18,133 nt of DNA from Thecamonas trahens ATCC 50062 (taxonomy: Eukaryota > Protista > Apusomonadida). The notes below the pieces were generated by a model. That model was given only the letters and a program-made list of their open reading frames with translations, made no database searches and was not told the DNA's origin. Positions within the stretch are counted from its first letter, which is position 1. The number at the start of each line of letters is the position of its first letter. The stretch is from contig NW_013657625.1 in NCBI RefSeq assembly GCF_000142905.1, positions 1-18,133 on the forward strand, in the 5' to 3' direction. Below are positions 17,701 to 18,133 of this stretch, in pieces. A program made the translations under genes and the position numbers.

Positions 17701-18124
17701 CGGTGTACCGAAGCTCTTCAGCGAGGCCGAGGTGGCCGCCATGAACCGTGCAGCACCCAGTGCCGTTGATGCCGTCGTCCGCGAGCCATCGGGCCTTCTC
17801 CGCCACCGATGCTGCTTCGAGGCCTGCCCACGCTTTTTAGAGTACCTGGGAACCCAGGCAGATCGGCTGCACGGCACCCGCAAGGGCCTCTTCACCCATC
17901 TTGCCCCGATCACCCAGCGTTCTTGCAAGGTTCCGTACTTCCCAGGCTGGCATTTGATGGCCATCATGCTCTGGCGCAAGACCCGATCGGCCCACAATGG
18001 CCGCCAGACCTTTATCACCCGTCTTGTCAACCACTACCGCGACCGCACAAGCTCGTCAGCTGTCGTCGCCTCGCTTGCGGAAGCAACCTGGCTCTCGATC
18101 GAGGCCATGGTCGCCGCTGATTGA
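11759..18124 (+). CDS. 2121-aa multidomain protein: 2H phosphoesterase - RWD - (RWD-like) - PARP-like ART - vWA-like - uncharacterised helical region - Cys/His cluster
   Basis: Single 6.4-kb open frame with an in-frame TGA 12 nt upstream of actATG and a stop TGA at 18122-18124. Domain motifs are given in the sub-features. Confidence 0.9.
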   Translation: MSTSPLLPLLRELVSRLAAACPQSSATTDAVVDMLSGHPLFDLSRKDVAKLRKAAGDAALRGRAPELSHNTALVILPPVELWEPINAIRAELEPHHLTIWPPHITLAYPFLPVHAWPDNLAPLAAATASIDPFDVTLLTFGTFSRGKNGMLTYLEPDPESASGITAVRAALCDQLFPYLPATFTPHLTVGRGQSDPQAPRLAAHWTPITFPVSHLALLARPHRDAPLEIIAEIPLRGQGELLATDIATMVASLAAPHTPPAPRKLSHHVPDAVATANAKLVAAAASNPELAPEAVELATDELEALNAIYADDSEVELTTDATSVSLTHRSAGVRLIINKDALYPFTVPTISVETRSTETAPWHAAPGLSKQLYVTALEAAGSPLCYELFLAALECVAEQPTAAPAQTGTTLPLAQNAGDSAGTDSSVSSAVAYIRGLVPAALSVAQANALIARIDPSAELEDMPITLPDTLSEPITAAPVWISAEKAALTAAFGVNVTVEPCEFTDAVRGFDTVIAIHIRARHPAQLGNFVPRSLRDTLSTIRHPPDHVFADVRILASAVAVGHFEVDVVNSLGLTAGDILALDGALSLAAARPSDSLPAIVAVAAGDPHLCYAPLGCLPIATASCIAQQYVADVATATTADSGDVPMVPADLKLVGLRPATTSMTYAALSIAAAEDAALGAARTAAAADGYQITHADRITSPALVARFAAAVSSMPTSGKSVLAPFVGFHGTWSADAATSIVESGILAPLEVTERGELLHMATGAIYGNGVYVAPGLSKAAMYTRADADGAFSVFAALVVPGVARRVVFDRQAGSRTHASREFVAGFFDYFTFDPNFHSNVAPSGEEVVIFDSARVLPLLQITLVPATVGSATALAADPYAHRQLAPASSILPGSQWAPFTARSRKSRRALAAGAGKDRRRAFVPQNAVPDAAPPLLAFHRVPGTADKWLLDVSPRLPLQWGLPVTKVHMVFIIEASARLDEAYTKFVLPTACELVRRVSPDAASAVIFGRDATVYTPAAVTSHAFFDTPRIRNRTLDENVSFGAGYEAAITHALDADERHRDQIRAVAHARALATLRRFGKPTTDAAIRRQIKSELHAPDLAATVHYMLVSLSRGVDSIRTPSELAALWKRSARYVSGAGLMASLTPINLGKTSSVDHVLAARAATAASSTTYVSYDTAPVFYAHRLRALPEVAKRVAIKLKAAVRKVSVRLSLPTEASSIAQGFVTSFTSRVSHAVSLAIAPGSGTNGVLYHGATPPRTISIGEFEHPIPVVAHVPRPMENDSTPGSLLVAESTAGSLEALRAQGTLLAVLRGLIDDIKVAAVTGKDVRLAFETLSTLIDGVKTAGPSHGALAAMSACERMETVRAKARLVNELEAMCNGVRDALVVAAEAKMSPVAQSKWLAQSENLKYGAAAGRRSVAVVDASDVGRDLVRRLDAALDDVDLSPPAHREIELAQAAVDAIGDSPETALAGFVLPDLLYGFGSLGLGIVVRRSNASVADPWQIHVETVTSAWVETSRVMCGLRTGSPLCIDWYPGGAEGRRNSLSSSDDDSDVDDAGESRSKTSRPVVRVRPVAAVEDVLVVMRPGHAAAPVLEAYAKSALHTAYLGVVFCRNPVLALPAQRTALLTVALVQAVNQLLDPACCEPGFVAVVWTLLTSLRARMGINGASPEQFWNGVIYKLMEPHPERRLTEAPEDDVSSVAKVLGPLMVCHEAVDEVGLFELAAAPQLSAVALALLAESISRSSRVYLKCRLARRGVANHAAAMRDEAQAVLARALGISPESVPAISPSDEVIDPPASALTFGSEADIDRALRASSKLFRKPGWTNVPPTAVLACLQMARVVQGFGRELAQPTADPPPAFVTAVCSTFRGLSMGAFLTQFVEPGAGRELDRRALQAALYVQGIEFHSSKLRRGGEIGELLEPHALVASAAARARKTMYAAARSVKLARLARTRKLNARELRRQEKLAALAEFYTAHAGVPKLFSEAEVAAMNRAAPSAVDAVVREPSGLLRHRCCFEACPRFLEYLGTQADRLHGTRKGLFTHLAPITQRSCKVPYFPGWHLMAIMLWRKTRSAHNGRQTFITRLVNHYRDRTSSSAVVASLAEATWLSIEAMVAAD
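11969..12463 (+). other. 2H phosphoesterase (LigT/2'-5' RNA ligase-like, LENG9-type) domain, aa ~71-235
   Basis: TALVILPP..LW..I..IR, WPPHITLAYPF (H103) and FTPHLTVG (H186): two HxT motifs about 80 aa apart. Confidence 0.88.
12656..12946 (+). other. RWD domain, aa ~300-396
   Basis: DELEALNAIY helix, YPxxxP motif (YPFTVP, Y343) and terminal GSPLCYELF. Confidence 0.8.
13832..14353 (+). other. PARP-like (diphtheria-toxin fold) ADP-ribosyltransferase domain, aa ~692-865
   Basis: FHGT (H731), SIVESG, GAIYGNGVY (Y773), SKAAMY and EEVVIFDSARVLP (E848, aligning to PARP1 EYIVYD). Confidence 0.85.
14666..15367 (+). other. Degenerate vWA-like domain, aa ~970-1203
   Basis: Strand/helix order HMVFIIEAS - SAVIFG - VSFGAGYEAA - YMLVSLSRG - LTPINLG matches the vWA pattern hhhhDxSxS - hh.F - T.h..Ah - hhhTDG - h.hGhG, with the MIDAS residues substituted. 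Confidence 0.5.
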
Positions 18125-18133
18125 TCGGCAAAT

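Noticed and set aside
11759-18124. Giant ORF as a transposon or endogenous virus
   Set aside because: No transposase, RT, integrase or capsid motifs and no terminal repeats are visible, and it sits in a normal head-to-head arrangement. Horizontal origin of individual domains remains open.
1-18133. Functional gene cluster or operon linking the nine genes
   Set aside because: The functions are unrelated housekeeping roles on mixed strands, and the tight spacing is explained by genome compaction.

Overview
GC-rich, very gene-dense and almost intron-free eukaryotic DNA from a flagellated protist. The style resembles the apusomonad Thecamonas, but this is an inference. There are nine protein-coding genes: a 5'-truncated divergent DEAD-box helicase (+), a cathepsin B-like protease (-), the SGTA/Sgt2 co-chaperone (+), a FANCE-like protein (-), PTPA with one 241-bp G-rich intron (-), IFT80 interrupted by a 1-nt frameshift at a conserved Trp codon (-), mitochondrial Qri7/OSGEPL1 (+), a membrane-anchored cyclophilin-like protein (-), and a 2121-aa single-exon multidomain protein (+). 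The last gene is the standout. It fuses a 2H phosphoesterase with both HxT motifs intact, an RWD domain plus a possible second degenerate RWD, a PARP-like ADP-ribosyltransferase with an intact H-Y-E triad, a degenerate vWA-like domain, and a long uncharacterised C-terminal region ending in a Cys/His cluster. It is a candidate RNA-end/ADP-ribose processing or defence effector. Convergent genes are only 5-9 bp apart, and divergent promoters carry C/G runs, CCAAT boxes and short repeats. No RNA genes, CRISPR arrays or mobile elements were seen.
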